Under the pieces are notes generated by a model, which was not told the DNA's origin, made no database searches, and was given only the letters and a program-made list of their open reading frames with translations. Position numbers and translations under genes: made by a program. A DNA stretch of 34,517 bases from a virus (taxonomy: Duplodnaviria; Caudoviricetes), in the IMG/VR virus record IMGVR_UViG_3300006169_000165, positions 1 to 34,517 of that record; one strand, written 5' to 3'. This document shows, one piece after another, positions 22,050 through 32,060 of this stretch; the stretch's first letter is position 1, and each line of letters begins with the position of its first letter.

Positions 22050-25000
22050 GTGGCCGACAGCACCAGCCAGCACCTGATCGAGGCGGCCCTCAAACCCACG
22101 GGCGCACCGGAGACGGTGGCCGCCGTGGAGGCCGTCAACGCCAGCGTGGTGCGCCTCAACCATACCTCGGACGCGGCACAGTCCGAGGCGCTGCAGCTCG
22201 CCCAGGCGGAGCGCACCGCCGTCGCCGCCATCGGCCAGGTGACGGCGGCCGCGCGCGCGGAGACCACCCAGCTCGCCGCCGCCACCCGCCAGACCGACGC
22301 GGCGGAAGGGGAGACCCGGGACCTCACCGCCGCGCTCAAGCAGGAGGCGGCGAGCGCGGCCGTCGCGACCGCGGCGACGGCCAGGCTGCAGGACGAAATG
22401 GCCGAGACGATCCCCGTCGCGGACCGGCTCGGCGAGGAGCTCAAGGAGGTCGTGGGCGGCACCTTCATCGCCCGCGTGCGGCAGGTGCTCCCCGAGGTGC
22501 GCAAGCTCCACGAGGCGATGGAGGAGTTCGGGGAGGGGGTGCAGGACTTCGGGGACAAGTGGAGCACCCGGGTAAGCCTGCCGCTCGCCGCCGTCGCGGC
22601 CGCGGGTACGGCCGCGGCCGTACCCTTCAACGACAGCATCACCCGGCTCGTAACGTTGGGCGGCGTGGCGAAGGAGGAGGCGGAGTCGTGGCGGGGCGAC
22701 CTGCTGGAGATCGCCAAGCTCACCGCGCAGATGCCGGCGGACCTGGGCGCGGCGGCGCTCGTCGCGGCGTCGTCCGGCCAGCGCGGGGCGGAGGCGCTCG
22801 CGACGGTGAGGGACGCCGCCAAGGGCGCGGCGCTGGGGCTGGGCGAGGTCAACACCGTCACCCGCGTGGGGACCGCGGCGGCCACCGCCTACGCGGCCGA
22901 AGGGCTCAAGGCGGGGAGGGCGATCGAGATCGTGCTCGCGACCGGCCGCGCCGGCAACTTCGCGGTCGACCAGTTCGCCGGGTCGGTGGGCGACGTGCTC
23001 CCGCTCGCGGCCGCGCTCGGCGTGGAGTTCGAGGAAGTCGGCGGCTACGTCGCAGCGATGACTCGCGTCAACGGCGACGCGGCCAAGTCGGTCACCATGC
23101 TCCGCGGCTACCTGCAGACGCTCCTGCAGCCGTCGAGTGAGGCGGAGGACGTACTCAAGGCGATGGGGCTGGCCACCCGGGGCACGGCCATCACCGTGGA
23201 CGAGCTGCGGCGGAAGGTCGCGGACGAGGGTCTCGTCGACACGCTCCTCGAGCTGATCGACCTCTTCCGCGGCAACGACGAAGCGCTCGCGATGGTGATC
23301 CCCGGTGTCGAGGGCCTGGTCGGCGTGCTCGGCACCGCGGGGATCCAGGGCGAGGAGTTCCGCACGGTCGCCCAGGGGGTCGTTGACTCCGTGGGCCTGC
23401 TTGACGACTCGTTTCGCACGGTCGCCGAGACGCCCGAGCACGCCATGCGGCAGGCGGTCCAGGAGGTCACCGTCCTGGCCACCGCCCTCGGGACGGAGCT
23501 GGTCCCGGCGATCGGCCAGGTGCTGGAGGCCGGCAAGCCGATCGCGGTGTTTATCGGCGACGCGATCGACGGGTTCTCGCGGTTGCCCGGCCCGCTCAAA
23601 ACCACGGCAATCGCGATCGGTGCCATCACCATCGCTGCCGGCCCCATGATCTCGGGAGTCGGCGCGGCGATCAAAGCAGTGGTCGCGCTGCGGATCGCGA
23701 CCAACACCGCCCTGACCGTCCACGGGATCGCGGCCCTCCCTGCCGCGCTCACCGCCACCGGAGCCGCGGGAGCGACTGCGGCCGCCGGCACGCAGGCTGC
23801 CGCGGTGGGGATGACCGCGGCAGCGACCGCTGGTCGAAGTCTGGCGATCGTCCTGGGGGGTGCGGGGGCGCTCGCGTTGGGAATCAGTGCGGTGATCTTC
23901 CTCCTCGGTCGCATGGGCCGGGGGGCCCGCGAAGCAGGCGAAGCAGCGAAGCAGATGGCCGCGGACAGCCAACGGGCCCTGTCCGAGTTCCAGGCGGCGG
24001 TCGCGGGCATGTCGCGCGCGACCGCTGACGAGGCTCTAAGCTACCGCGTCGATCTGGAGGGCACGCAGCGCGCGGAGATCACCCAGGAGGAGGCTCGTGT
24101 CGCGCAGCTGGAGGCCGAGCTCCGCGCGACCCGTGAGAGCGTGGAGCGGCAGCGTACAGCCGCCGGGGGGCGGCACGCGAACTTCAGCGCACTCGACGCC
24201 GAGATCAAGGCAGGGGAGGCTAAGCTCGCCGACGCCAACACTCGCCTCAGCACCCTGCGGGCGGCGTATGACAAAAACCTGAGCGAGATGGACGAGCTGC
24301 GAGCGCGTCTCAACGGCTTCGTGCGGGAGGACTCCGGTCTCACCGAGGATGGCACGGCGTGGGTGCCGCCGAAGCTGAACCTGGGCGGGGACGGGGACAA
24401 GGTCATCCCGAGCCAGGTGGGGCTGCCGGGGACGAGCTTCGACGCGGTCTCGGGGAGCAGCCAGGCGCTGCAGATGCTCCTCGCGCGGACGATCGAGCTG
24501 CGGGGATCCGCGGCGGAGATGCGGCTGGAGATCGCGGCGGCCGGCGAGACGCTCGCCGCGCTGCCGGCGGGCAGCGACGCCTGGAAGGACAAAAACGAGG
24601 AGGTGTACCGGCTGCGGCGGGAGTACCAGCAGCTCAACACGGAGCTCTCCGCGACGCTGGTCGCGCTGCAGGCGATCGCGGCGGAGCGGGGCGTTCCCCT
24701 CAACCCGGACGGCACGCTGCCGCTGATGGCCGCGCCGCCGTCGCTCACGAGTCAACCGGACTGGGCGGAGTTGGCGCGCCCCTTCGACGCGCGCGCCGCC
24801 CGCCTCTCGCGCGTCGCGGAGGTGGAGCGGCAGCGGAGCGAGCTGGCCGTCGCGGCCGCGGCAGGCGTGCAGTGGGATCAGCTCGCCCCGGACAGCCAGG
24901 GCTGGGCGCAGAGCCGGGAGGCGTACCAGGCGATGGTGGAAGCCGCGGGCCACGGCGCCAAGGACCTGGACGCGGCGCGGATCGCGATGGTGCAGTCGAT

Positions 25001-25388
25001 CGGCGGCCTGGCCACGGCGATCGTGGACGGGAGCCTGGTGATGGAGGACGGGACGTTGCGGATCTCGGCGGTGATCAACCAGCTCGCCTCCACGGTGCAG
25101 GGTCTGCCGGGCGTGGGCGGGTTCGCCGGCGCGATCATCGGCACGCTGGGCGGGATCGTCGGCGGGCTGTTCGGCGCGTCGGAGCGCCGGCGGGAGCAGG
25201 CGGCGCTGCAGCGGGTGCGGATCGACGAGTACGGCGATCGCGCGCTCTCGCAGATGGAGGAGCAGCAGTCGGGGCCGGATCGCGTGATCCTGCGCGTGGT
25301 GGACGCGCAGGGCCGGCCGCTGGACAACTATCGCTACGAGCTCGGCCGCCTCGAGCGGCGCGACGCCGTCTCACGTCTACCGGGGTGA
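22050..25388 (+). CDS. Tail tape measure protein
   Basis: 1112 aa, Ala/Gly-rich helical, TP901-type core (VLPLAAALGVEFEEVGG…), hydrophobic segments. Confidence 0.93.
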   Translation: MADSTSQHLIEAALKPTGAPETVAAVEAVNASVVRLNHTSDAAQSEALQLAQAERTAVAAIGQVTAAARAETTQLAAATRQTDAAEGETRDLTAALKQEAASAAVATAATARLQDEMAETIPVADRLGEELKEVVGGTFIARVRQVLPEVRKLHEAMEEFGEGVQDFGDKWSTRVSLPLAAVAAAGTAAAVPFNDSITRLVTLGGVAKEEAESWRGDLLEIAKLTAQMPADLGAAALVAASSGQRGAEALATVRDAAKGAALGLGEVNTVTRVGTAAATAYAAEGLKAGRAIEIVLATGRAGNFAVDQFAGSVGDVLPLAAALGVEFEEVGGYVAAMTRVNGDAAKSVTMLRGYLQTLLQPSSEAEDVLKAMGLATRGTAITVDELRRKVADEGLVDTLLELIDLFRGNDEALAMVIPGVEGLVGVLGTAGIQGEEFRTVAQGVVDSVGLLDDSFRTVAETPEHAMRQAVQEVTVLATALGTELVPAIGQVLEAGKPIAVFIGDAIDGFSRLPGPLKTTAIAIGAITIAAGPMISGVGAAIKAVVALRIATNTALTVHGIAALPAALTATGAAGATAAAGTQAAAVGMTAAATAGRSLAIVLGGAGALALGISAVIFLLGRMGRGAREAGEAAKQMAADSQRALSEFQAAVAGMSRATADEALSYRVDLEGTQRAEITQEEARVAQLEAELRATRESVERQRTAAGGRHANFSALDAEIKAGEAKLADANTRLSTLRAAYDKNLSEMDELRARLNGFVREDSGLTEDGTAWVPPKLNLGGDGDKVIPSQVGLPGTSFDAVSGSSQALQMLLARTIELRGSAAEMRLEIAAAGETLAALPAGSDAWKDKNEEVYRLRREYQQLNTELSATLVALQAIAAERGVPLNPDGTLPLMAAPPSLTSQPDWAELARPFDARAARLSRVAEVERQRSELAVAAAAGVQWDQLAPDSQGWAQSREAYQAMVEAAGHGAKDLDAARIAMVQSIGGLATAIVDGSLVMEDGTLRISAVINQLASTVQGLPGVGGFAGAIIGTLGGIVGGLFGASERRREQAALQRVRIDEYGDRALSQMEEQQSGPDRVILRVVDAQGRPLDNYRYELGRLERRDAVSRLPG

Positions 25389-25390
25389 CC

Positions 25391-25621
25391 ATGGATCCGA
25401 CCACGATGGTTGATATCGGCCCGCCCAGCGAGCCAGGGGTTTACTGGGCGCGCTCGTCCTCCCGGATGGAGTGGTACGACCTGGTCGTACAGGTCGAGGG
25501 CGTGGTGCCCTTCCTGCGCGCCGAGCGGGCATTGACCCTCAGCGGGCGGGGATTCGATCTGCCCACGGTCGTCTGGGGTCCGCGGATCCCGAGACCCGAG
25601 ACCCCCAGGGGGGCGCGATAA
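25391..25621 (+). CDS. Small hypothetical protein (76 aa)
   Basis: PSEPGVYWAR…WGPRIPRP, a pattern seen in small phage proteins; fills the gap after the tape measure gene. Confidence 0.65.
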   Translation: MDPTTMVDIGPPSEPGVYWARSSSRMEWYDLVVQVEGVVPFLRAERALTLSGRGFDLPTVVWGPRIPRPETPRGAR

Positions 25622-25624
25622 AAG

Positions 25625-25879
25625 ATGGGCAAGCCGAAGAAGATCGCGGAGTACAAGGCGGAGGTCCACGCGGCGTGTTTTGATCCCGGCTGCGGGTGGA
25701 GCCGGAAGGGCCGACGTGCGCGCGCCGCTGGGCTCCGGCACGGCCAGGCGACCGGTCACCCCGTCGCCGTCCGGACGATCACGATGGAGGCGTTCGGGGC
25801 GGCGTGGGCGGCCGTAGTCGCGCGGATCCCAGAGGACGTGAGCGAGTTCACGCGTCGCGACCTCGAGGGGGCGCGATAG
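25625..25879 (+). CDS. Small C2H2-like zinc-binding protein
   Basis: CFDPGCGW…RHGQATGHPV. Confidence 0.65.
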   Translation: MGKPKKIAEYKAEVHAACFDPGCGWSRKGRRARAAGLRHGQATGHPVAVRTITMEAFGAAWAAVVARIPEDVSEFTRRDLEGAR

Positions 25880-26722
25880 ATGGCCCGCCCCTGTTTCGTG
25901 GTCGACAACCTCCTCAGCTCCACCCAGTACCGCGACCACGTGGTGACGGCGAGCAGCGCGGCCGCGCGGTGCGAGCCGTGGCGGGTGGCGGACGGGCGGC
26001 GGAGCGTGCTCGACCGCTGGACGCCGCTGGCGCTGGACACGGAGGCGTGGATCCAGGTGTCGTGCGGTACGGCGCGCACCGCGGACCTGCTGGTGCTGGA
26101 CCGCGGCCACAACCTCGCCGGGCACCAGGTGCAGTTGCAGACGTCGGACGGCGGTGAGGAGGATCCGTGGACGACGATCCTGGACGTGACGATCCCCGCC
26201 GCGGTGACGGAGCCGGGTGACCTGGACGCCGCCGCCGGCGTGCACACCGAGGAGGGCGCGTGGATCAAGCGCTTCGCCGCGGTCGAGGCGGCCGCCTGGC
26301 GCGTGGTGATCCCGGGGATGGGCGCGGGTCTCCGGCCGGAGATCGTCGGGCTGTGGCTCGGTGAGTCGTGGACGCCGCGGAGCTACCTCGACCTTCCGTA
26401 CGACGATCAGTCCTACCAGCTGAGCTACACCTCCATCGCATCCGACGCGGCGTGGGAGGGGCGGGGCCGCACGTCGCGTCGGCGCGCCGGGTCCTTTCGG
26501 CTGCGGCTGATGAGCGCGGACGAGCACGACCTCGCGCGCCGCCACGTCCGCGACGGCTACTGGCGCCCGCGCCCGATGTGGATCGTGTTCGACGCGGCCG
26601 CGGCCGCGACCGCCGTGCTGGCGATGCCCCCGGCCGGCACCTACGGGTGGGTCCAGCAGGCGGGGTGGTCGCACCGCCAGGCGGAAATCGCCTGGGCGGA
26701 GCACGAGCCGCGGGCGGACTGA
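25880..26722 (+). CDS. Distal tail/baseplate-hub-type protein with jelly-roll (discoidin-like) region
   Basis: Position after tape measure; RVADGRR…W…WIQVSCG…LVLDRGHNLAG…LQTSD…WRVVI…GLWLG. Confidence 0.6.
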   Translation: MARPCFVVDNLLSSTQYRDHVVTASSAAARCEPWRVADGRRSVLDRWTPLALDTEAWIQVSCGTARTADLLVLDRGHNLAGHQVQLQTSDGGEEDPWTTILDVTIPAAVTEPGDLDAAAGVHTEEGAWIKRFAAVEAAAWRVVIPGMGAGLRPEIVGLWLGESWTPRSYLDLPYDDQSYQLSYTSIASDAAWEGRGRTSRRRAGSFRLRLMSADEHDLARRHVRDGYWRPRPMWIVFDAAAAATAVLAMPPAGTYGWVQQAGWSHRQAEIAWAEHEPRAD

Positions 26723-29700
26723 TGCGCCGCGGCTACAACCCGGCGCTGGAGGAGCTGCACCGGCGCGCGGACCCGCTGGCGCGCGTCATCCCCGAGCTCG
26801 CCGCCACCAGCTCCGAGGACGTGCGCGACCGGCCCGAGGAGTGGGCGACGCTCGACAGCACGGCCGGGATCGAGCTGCTCCCCGAGGGCGGGATCCGCCT
26901 GGCCGGCGACCCCGAGGGAGTGATCGGGTGGTCCGAGTCCAACGGGTACATGGAGTCCCTGCGCCGCGACCATCCCTCGTCGATGGCCATGCTGCGGTGG
27001 CTCGACGGCCCCTCGGACGACACGGTGGACTCGATCGTCATCCATCTCATCCCCCAGCTGGATCCCGGCGAAGACCTCGAGGTCGCGCAGTGGGGGATCC
27101 AGCTGCTCGCCGTCCTGACCCACAACGAAGCCGACGACGGCAGCCTGACCGACGGGAGCGAGCCGCCGCTGCAGTACAGCGTCGCCCCACTCCACGAGCC
27201 GATCTACGTCCCCGCCGCCGGCGGCCCCGTCGGCGCCGACGTCGAGATCGACTTCCGCACCCGCGGCCTGATCGTCACCCCCAGCCGCTGGCTCCCCCGC
27301 TACCTCGGGGCGACCCCGGAGTACGCCATCCCACAGCCGCCGATCACGCTGGTGCACGTCTGGGCGAGCCGCGCCGACGGCACCCCGGCCGGCAACGTGG
27401 GCTGGGGCGCGGACGGGGGATCCCTCACCGACAACGGCGTGACGCTGCTCGGCTTCGCCAGCGCGTCGGGGTCGGACCACCTGGAGATGGGCGGCGAGTA
27501 CATGCTCACCACCGTCCCGCGGATGAGCGTGTACCGGCGGAGCTACGTCACCAGCACCGCCACCTTCGGCGCCGCATCTCCCATCCAGGTCGAGCTCACG
27601 ACCGAGGACGCGGACGTCGAGCTGGTCGGCGAGGGGGAGGAGCCGGAGGGCACGGCCCTCGTCTACGAGGTGCAGGCCGACGACGGCACGTGGGTGGAGT
27701 ACCAGGACGGAGATCTCGCCGCGATCGACAACCGCGCCCAGGGGGGCACGGACCTCTCCGCCACCGCCGCGCACCCGGTGGGGCGGCGGGCCGAGTACGC
27801 GATGCGCGTCGTCCTCCTGCCCTCCGAAGCGGGGACGCGGACGCCCGTCGTGCGGTCGATCGGGGCGCGCGCGATCGAGCGGACCCTCCTGGACGGAGTC
27901 GCGAGTTTCGCGGCGTCGGGACGCTGGGCGGTGGATCCGGTCGAGCTGCGCGGTGAGGTGATGGAGGGCACACTCGACGTGCTGCGGACCGGCGAACGCG
28001 ACTACCGGGATCCGGCGAGCGACCTCTTCAGCCGCTACTCGGCCGGGCAGATGACCGTCCGGCTGTGGCTCGGGCATCCAACGCTCGCGCGCTCCAACTG
28101 GATGCTCCTGGACGTATTTCTGGTCGACGACTGGGAGTCGGCGGGGCCGGCGCTGCGGGTGCTGTGCATCAGCCCGCTCGCGTACACCCGCACCCGGATC
28201 CCCGCGCCGCTCCCCGGGTCGGATGACCAGGTCCACCGCTCCCCCGTGACCTTCGCCAACGCGCCACTCCCGGCGATCTACGACGTGCTGCTCCGCGCGC
28301 AACTCGCCGTGCCGGAGCGGTACCGCGGGCCCGGGATCCCCGACACCGTGACGTGGACCGCGTCCAAGCGGATCGAGGACAGCGAGGGCAAGGAGGAGCT
28401 GGACGCGATCGCGCGCCTCGCCGGCGGGGCGGCGATCGCGTCGCAGGGACGGATCACCTGGGTGGACATGCTCGGCCCCAAGCCGCTCACCGCGATCTTC
28501 CGCGCCGAGGAGATCGCCGTCACCCGCGTCACCCCGGGCCTGCGCCTGCGCCAGCCGGAGTTTTTCGTGCCGTGGCAGTACCGGGAGGACGCCGACGGCG
28601 ATGGCGGGCGATTTCTCTCCGAGTTTCGGGGGATCAACCTGGCCGCGATCGAGCATCTCGGCACCGCGTCGCTGGACGCGCCCAAGCGCCTCACCGACGT
28701 GGTGGCCAAGTGGATCGACACCGAGGCGCTGGCCGAGGAGACCGCGCGCGCCACGACGGAGATCGTCGGTGCCGGCGTGCCGATGATCGACGTGGAGTCG
28801 GTCTATCCCTACCCGGAGCTCGAGCCCGGCGACCTGGTCGCGGTGCAGACCGACGCGCTGGTGCTGCGCGACTTCGGCGGCGATCGGTCCCTTGCCGGCC
28901 CCCTCTGGGCGGTGGGGCCGATCCAGTCCGTCGCCAACCTCGAAGGCACCTCGTTCTGCGTCTGGGTGCGGCGGTACAGCGACCTGTTCCCCGGCACCGA
29001 GCCGATCGAGCGGCAGGGGTACCGGCGCGATGCGCAGCTCCTCGATTTCCGGGTCGTCGAGGATGCACCAGGCGCGCTCACGTTCGCGTGGGAGCGCGAC
29101 GGAGCGGACTACGTCTTCGCGGCCCGCCTCGACTTCGACGACGTGCCCGAGGATCCGTGGGACGCCGTGCGCCAGGCCGTGGAAGAGCTGCCCGGAACGC
29201 AGAACACCTACGTCGTACCGGTCCCGGTCGAGCGTCGCGACACGTACGTGCAGGTCGAGGCGCGGTGGTACGACGTCTCGACGGGCGAGCTCGTGCCGTC
29301 GCAGGTCTGGCGGGCGGTGATCCCGGGGACGATCGCACCGCTCACCTGCACCGTGGTCCCGGTCTACTCGATCGGAGAGGTGAGCCTCGAGGTCACGGTG
29401 GACGATCCGCGCGGGGTGCTCGACGTGGTCCGGTACTACGTCGTCACGCGAGGCGACCGGACCGGGCCACTCACCGCGACGGACGTCGATGGAGACGTCT
29501 GGACGTACACCGCCTCCCTCGATCCCAAGCACCCGATCGGCATCCAGCCGGAGCTGGTCCGCACTGACGGCCAGCCCAACCTCTGGGGGGAGACCTACAC
29601 GTCCGACGTGGACCACGTCCCTCACGTCGCCGACGTGCGCGTCTCGCGATCCGGATCCAACTATACGATCTACGTCGATGGGGACGACGACTGTGCGGGC

Positions 29701-30213
29701 GGTCTCTACTACCGCGAGCGCGTGGACGGGGTACTCGGGGACGAGATCGCGATCCCCGCCCGGGCCCTGGACCCACGCTTCGGCGTGATCGTGGTCGCTG
29801 GGGTCCCGGGTGGCCACTCGCTCGAGCTCTACGGCAAGACCGGAGATGGTGCGTCGGGTGTGATGGTCCCGCTGCTCCTCGACCCGTACCTGCCGCCACC
29901 GCAGCTCCTGCAGGCGTCCGTCTCGGTGATCGATCTGGGGGAGGGCAACGCGGTGGAGTACTCGTCCACGTGGGAGGTTTCCGCGGGTGTCACGGACGCG
30001 GGACACGGGATCGAGATCAGCTACTACCAGGGATCGGAGCTCCGCGCGCATCTCACGCACACGACTCCCACGGACGGGGTCCACCTCTACTCGGACGAAG
30101 TCGCGGGCGACGGCGTCGCGGACCTGCATCACGCTAGCTATACGCTGTTCGACAAGACAAGCGGCGGCACGATCTCCGTCCTCACCACCCGATCACTCCC
30201 GAGCGCAGTATGA
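26722..30213 (+). CDS. Large tail-tip / central fibre protein (1163 aa)
   Basis: TGATG-coupled start at 26722; beta-rich and acidic; ELEPGDLVAV tail-tip-like motif; Fn3/Ig-like C-terminal segments. Confidence 0.75.
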   Translation: MRRGYNPALEELHRRADPLARVIPELAATSSEDVRDRPEEWATLDSTAGIELLPEGGIRLAGDPEGVIGWSESNGYMESLRRDHPSSMAMLRWLDGPSDDTVDSIVIHLIPQLDPGEDLEVAQWGIQLLAVLTHNEADDGSLTDGSEPPLQYSVAPLHEPIYVPAAGGPVGADVEIDFRTRGLIVTPSRWLPRYLGATPEYAIPQPPITLVHVWASRADGTPAGNVGWGADGGSLTDNGVTLLGFASASGSDHLEMGGEYMLTTVPRMSVYRRSYVTSTATFGAASPIQVELTTEDADVELVGEGEEPEGTALVYEVQADDGTWVEYQDGDLAAIDNRAQGGTDLSATAAHPVGRRAEYAMRVVLLPSEAGTRTPVVRSIGARAIERTLLDGVASFAASGRWAVDPVELRGEVMEGTLDVLRTGERDYRDPASDLFSRYSAGQMTVRLWLGHPTLARSNWMLLDVFLVDDWESAGPALRVLCISPLAYTRTRIPAPLPGSDDQVHRSPVTFANAPLPAIYDVLLRAQLAVPERYRGPGIPDTVTWTASKRIEDSEGKEELDAIARLAGGAAIASQGRITWVDMLGPKPLTAIFRAEEIAVTRVTPGLRLRQPEFFVPWQYREDADGDGGRFLSEFRGINLAAIEHLGTASLDAPKRLTDVVAKWIDTEALAEETARATTEIVGAGVPMIDVESVYPYPELEPGDLVAVQTDALVLRDFGGDRSLAGPLWAVGPIQSVANLEGTSFCVWVRRYSDLFPGTEPIERQGYRRDAQLLDFRVVEDAPGALTFAWERDGADYVFAARLDFDDVPEDPWDAVRQAVEELPGTQNTYVVPVPVERRDTYVQVEARWYDVSTGELVPSQVWRAVIPGTIAPLTCTVVPVYSIGEVSLEVTVDDPRGVLDVVRYYVVTRGDRTGPLTATDVDGDVWTYTASLDPKHPIGIQPELVRTDGQPNLWGETYTSDVDHVPHVADVRVSRSGSNYTIYVDGDDDCAGGLYYRERVDGVLGDEIAIPARALDPRFGVIVVAGVPGGHSLELYGKTGDGASGVMVPLLLDPYLPPPQLLQASVSVIDLGEGNAVEYSSTWEVSAGVTDAGHGIEISYYQGSELRAHLTHTTPTDGVHLYSDEVAGDGVADLHHASYTLFDKTSGGTISVLTTRSLPSAV

Positions 30214-31790
30214 CCGCGTATACCACCTGGGCCGATCGCGTCGGCCCCACGACGACGATCCTGCTCTACGTGGTCTACGCCGACAGCGTCGGCCGATACG
30301 TGCTTCCGCGGCCGCCCGTGCTGGGACTGCTGGCCAACTTTCGCGTTGGCCTTTCGGAGGTGTATTCCAGGCCCGTCACCGTCGCGGTGGAGCTCAACGG
30401 CGACACAACCGAGCTGGGGCTGGAGATCGAGGCGGGGGAAGTGGAAGCAGGGTCCAGCGTCTCCGAGGTCGCGGCGGGGGAAGGGGATGCCGTGGTGATC
30501 ACCGTCTCTGCCGAGGTGGATGCGCCGACGTCGGTGGAGGTGTCGGGGTCGATCGACCTCGATCCGCCGGGTGCGGTGGCCCCGGTCAGGTACCTCCTGC
30601 GTCCCTGGCGGCTGCGCGACGTCTCGGGCGGCATCGCGAGCGTGGTGGTGGATCCGGATCCCGAGGAGGTGCTGGTGGGCCAGACGGTCCAGCTCACCGC
30701 GACGGCCTTGGACGCCGGCGGAGAGGCGGTCCCCGACGTGGTGTTCGCGTGGTCGTCCTCCGCGCCTGAGGTGGCCACGGTGAGCGCTACGGGGCTCGTG
30801 ACCGGTGTGGCGGAGGGCAACTCCACCGTCCGAGCGACCGCGACCAACGGAGTGTATGGGGAGGTGGACGTCGCGGTGCCGGAGGCCACCCTCCACGTCG
30901 ATCTCACCGATGATGGCATCGACGTGACAGGCTATTACGTCCGCTTCGCCGACTACGAGCTCGACGAATCGCCCGCGGGATGGACTGCAACCACGGGGCA
31001 TGAGGCCTGGTGGTCGATCGTCAACAACGGCACAGACCAGTTCCTCCGCATGGCGAAGCCGACACCCAGTGGGGGCGGCTTCACTTCCTCGATGCGGTGG
31101 ACCGCCGCCGGCGATATCGATGGGGACGTCGAGGTGTACTTCTCTGTTCGCGCCGCTCATAGCGATGAGGCCATGCGCGCGCGAATCTGGCGCGAGGCCA
31201 CCAGCTCCACGCTGTCGGTGGCGGGGTCCCTGGAGATGCTCGGCGATCTGCTGAGGGTCTACCGTAACACGTCGATACAGGCCAGCAGCGGCGCGGGGTC
31301 GATGCCGATGACCGATGGTGGGAGGTACTGCCTGCTCACCCGCCTGAGCGGGACCACGATGGAGCTGACGGGCTGGGAGGCTGGTGATCCGGAGCCCGGG
31401 GCGGCGATGCTCAGCCACACCATCGCGAGCGTGCCTACCGATGTAGGCCTGCTCGCGTTGGAGGTGCTGGCCAACCACGGGTCCTTCTCGATGATCGACT
31501 TCTTCGAGTTCTCCTTCGCGGTCGGCGGAGCTTCCGCGCCTCGCGACTATCCCGCGCCGGGTTGGATCGTACCGCCGCAGGGCTACAGTGTGCGGCTCTC
31601 GTCGATCTCGGCCGGGATCCGGATCAGTGCGGGTGGGGTCGAGTCGGAGGTGGTGGATGGAGTCGCGGTGATCTCTCGAGACGAGGTGCCGGAGACGATC
31701 GAGATCCTGGATGCGGATGGGGAGCTGCTGCTCTCGATCGACGCGCCAGCGAACCACCGATCCTACAGCGTGGAGATGTACTATGCCTGA
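30210..31790 (+). CDS. Tail-associated protein with bacterial Ig-like (Big_2) domain
   Basis: VASVVVDP-like…VGQTVQLTATALDAGG…FAWSSSAPEVATVSATGLVTGVAEGNSTVRATA is a Big_2 signature, followed by a lectin-like beta region. Confidence 0.85.
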   Translation: MTAYTTWADRVGPTTTILLYVVYADSVGRYVLPRPPVLGLLANFRVGLSEVYSRPVTVAVELNGDTTELGLEIEAGEVEAGSSVSEVAAGEGDAVVITVSAEVDAPTSVEVSGSIDLDPPGAVAPVRYLLRPWRLRDVSGGIASVVVDPDPEEVLVGQTVQLTATALDAGGEAVPDVVFAWSSSAPEVATVSATGLVTGVAEGNSTVRATATNGVYGEVDVAVPEATLHVDLTDDGIDVTGYYVRFADYELDESPAGWTATTGHEAWWSIVNNGTDQFLRMAKPTPSGGGFTSSMRWTAAGDIDGDVEVYFSVRAAHSDEAMRARIWREATSSTLSVAGSLEMLGDLLRVYRNTSIQASSGAGSMPMTDGGRYCLLTRLSGTTMELTGWEAGDPEPGAAMLSHTIASVPTDVGLLALEVLANHGSFSMIDFFEFSFAVGGASAPRDYPAPGWIVPPQGYSVRLSSISAGIRISAGGVESEVVDGVAVISRDEVPETIEILDADGELLLSIDAPANHRSYSVEMYYA

Positions 31791-31992
31791 CCTGTCTGTC
31801 GAGTCGCGACCGAGGTGCAGCTGCGGCTGCGGTGCGCCGGAGCCCATGTGCGACGCACCTGCAGTCCACGACGGGGAGACGGACTGCACCCGGTGCGGTG
31901 GATGGGGCGTCGAAGAGGACGAGGGGGGAAACGAGCTCGCGTGCTGTGCGTGCGGAGGGAGCGGGCGAGCGGAGGATCAGACGATCTGGTGA
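31783..31992 (+). CDS. Small Cys-rich protein with two DnaJ-type CxxCxGxG motifs
   Basis: CTRCGGWG and CCACGGSG plus CSCGCG; GGAG RBS; last phage gene. Confidence 0.65.
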   Translation: MPDLSVESRPRCSCGCGAPEPMCDAPAVHDGETDCTRCGGWGVEEDEGGNELACCACGGSGRAEDQTIW

Positions 31993-31996
31993 GGTT

Positions 31997-32060
31997 GCCT
32001 GATTTGCGAATCCAAGGCATTATCGCAAATCAGGCTCGGCAAATTTCGCACGCGGCAACA
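31997..32060. promoter_or_regulatory. Right end of the transposable phage with transposase-binding repeats
   Basis: 13-bp perfect inverted pair GCCTGATTTGCGA (31997-32009) / TCGCAAATCAGGC (32023-32035), a third GCAAATT unit, terminal CA at 32059-32060. Confidence 0.78.

Larger units (their letters stand above)
1..32060. mobile_element. Transposable (Mu-like) prophage with siphovirus-type tail; left end outside window
   Basis: DDE transposase, divergent repressor/early operon, complete head-neck-tail gene run with no sheath gene, and a Mu-type end (…GCGGCAACA at 32060) followed by a non-phage gene. Confidence 0.92.

Noticed and set aside
22002-31889. Long minus-strand ORFs opposite tail genes (e.g. 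26641..30132, 30138..31889)
   Set aside because: Antisense shadows with Arg/His/Val-rich non-protein-like composition.
26722-32060. Diversity-generating retroelement or invertible tail-fibre segment
   Set aside because: No reverse transcriptase, invertase or TR/VR repeat pair seen.
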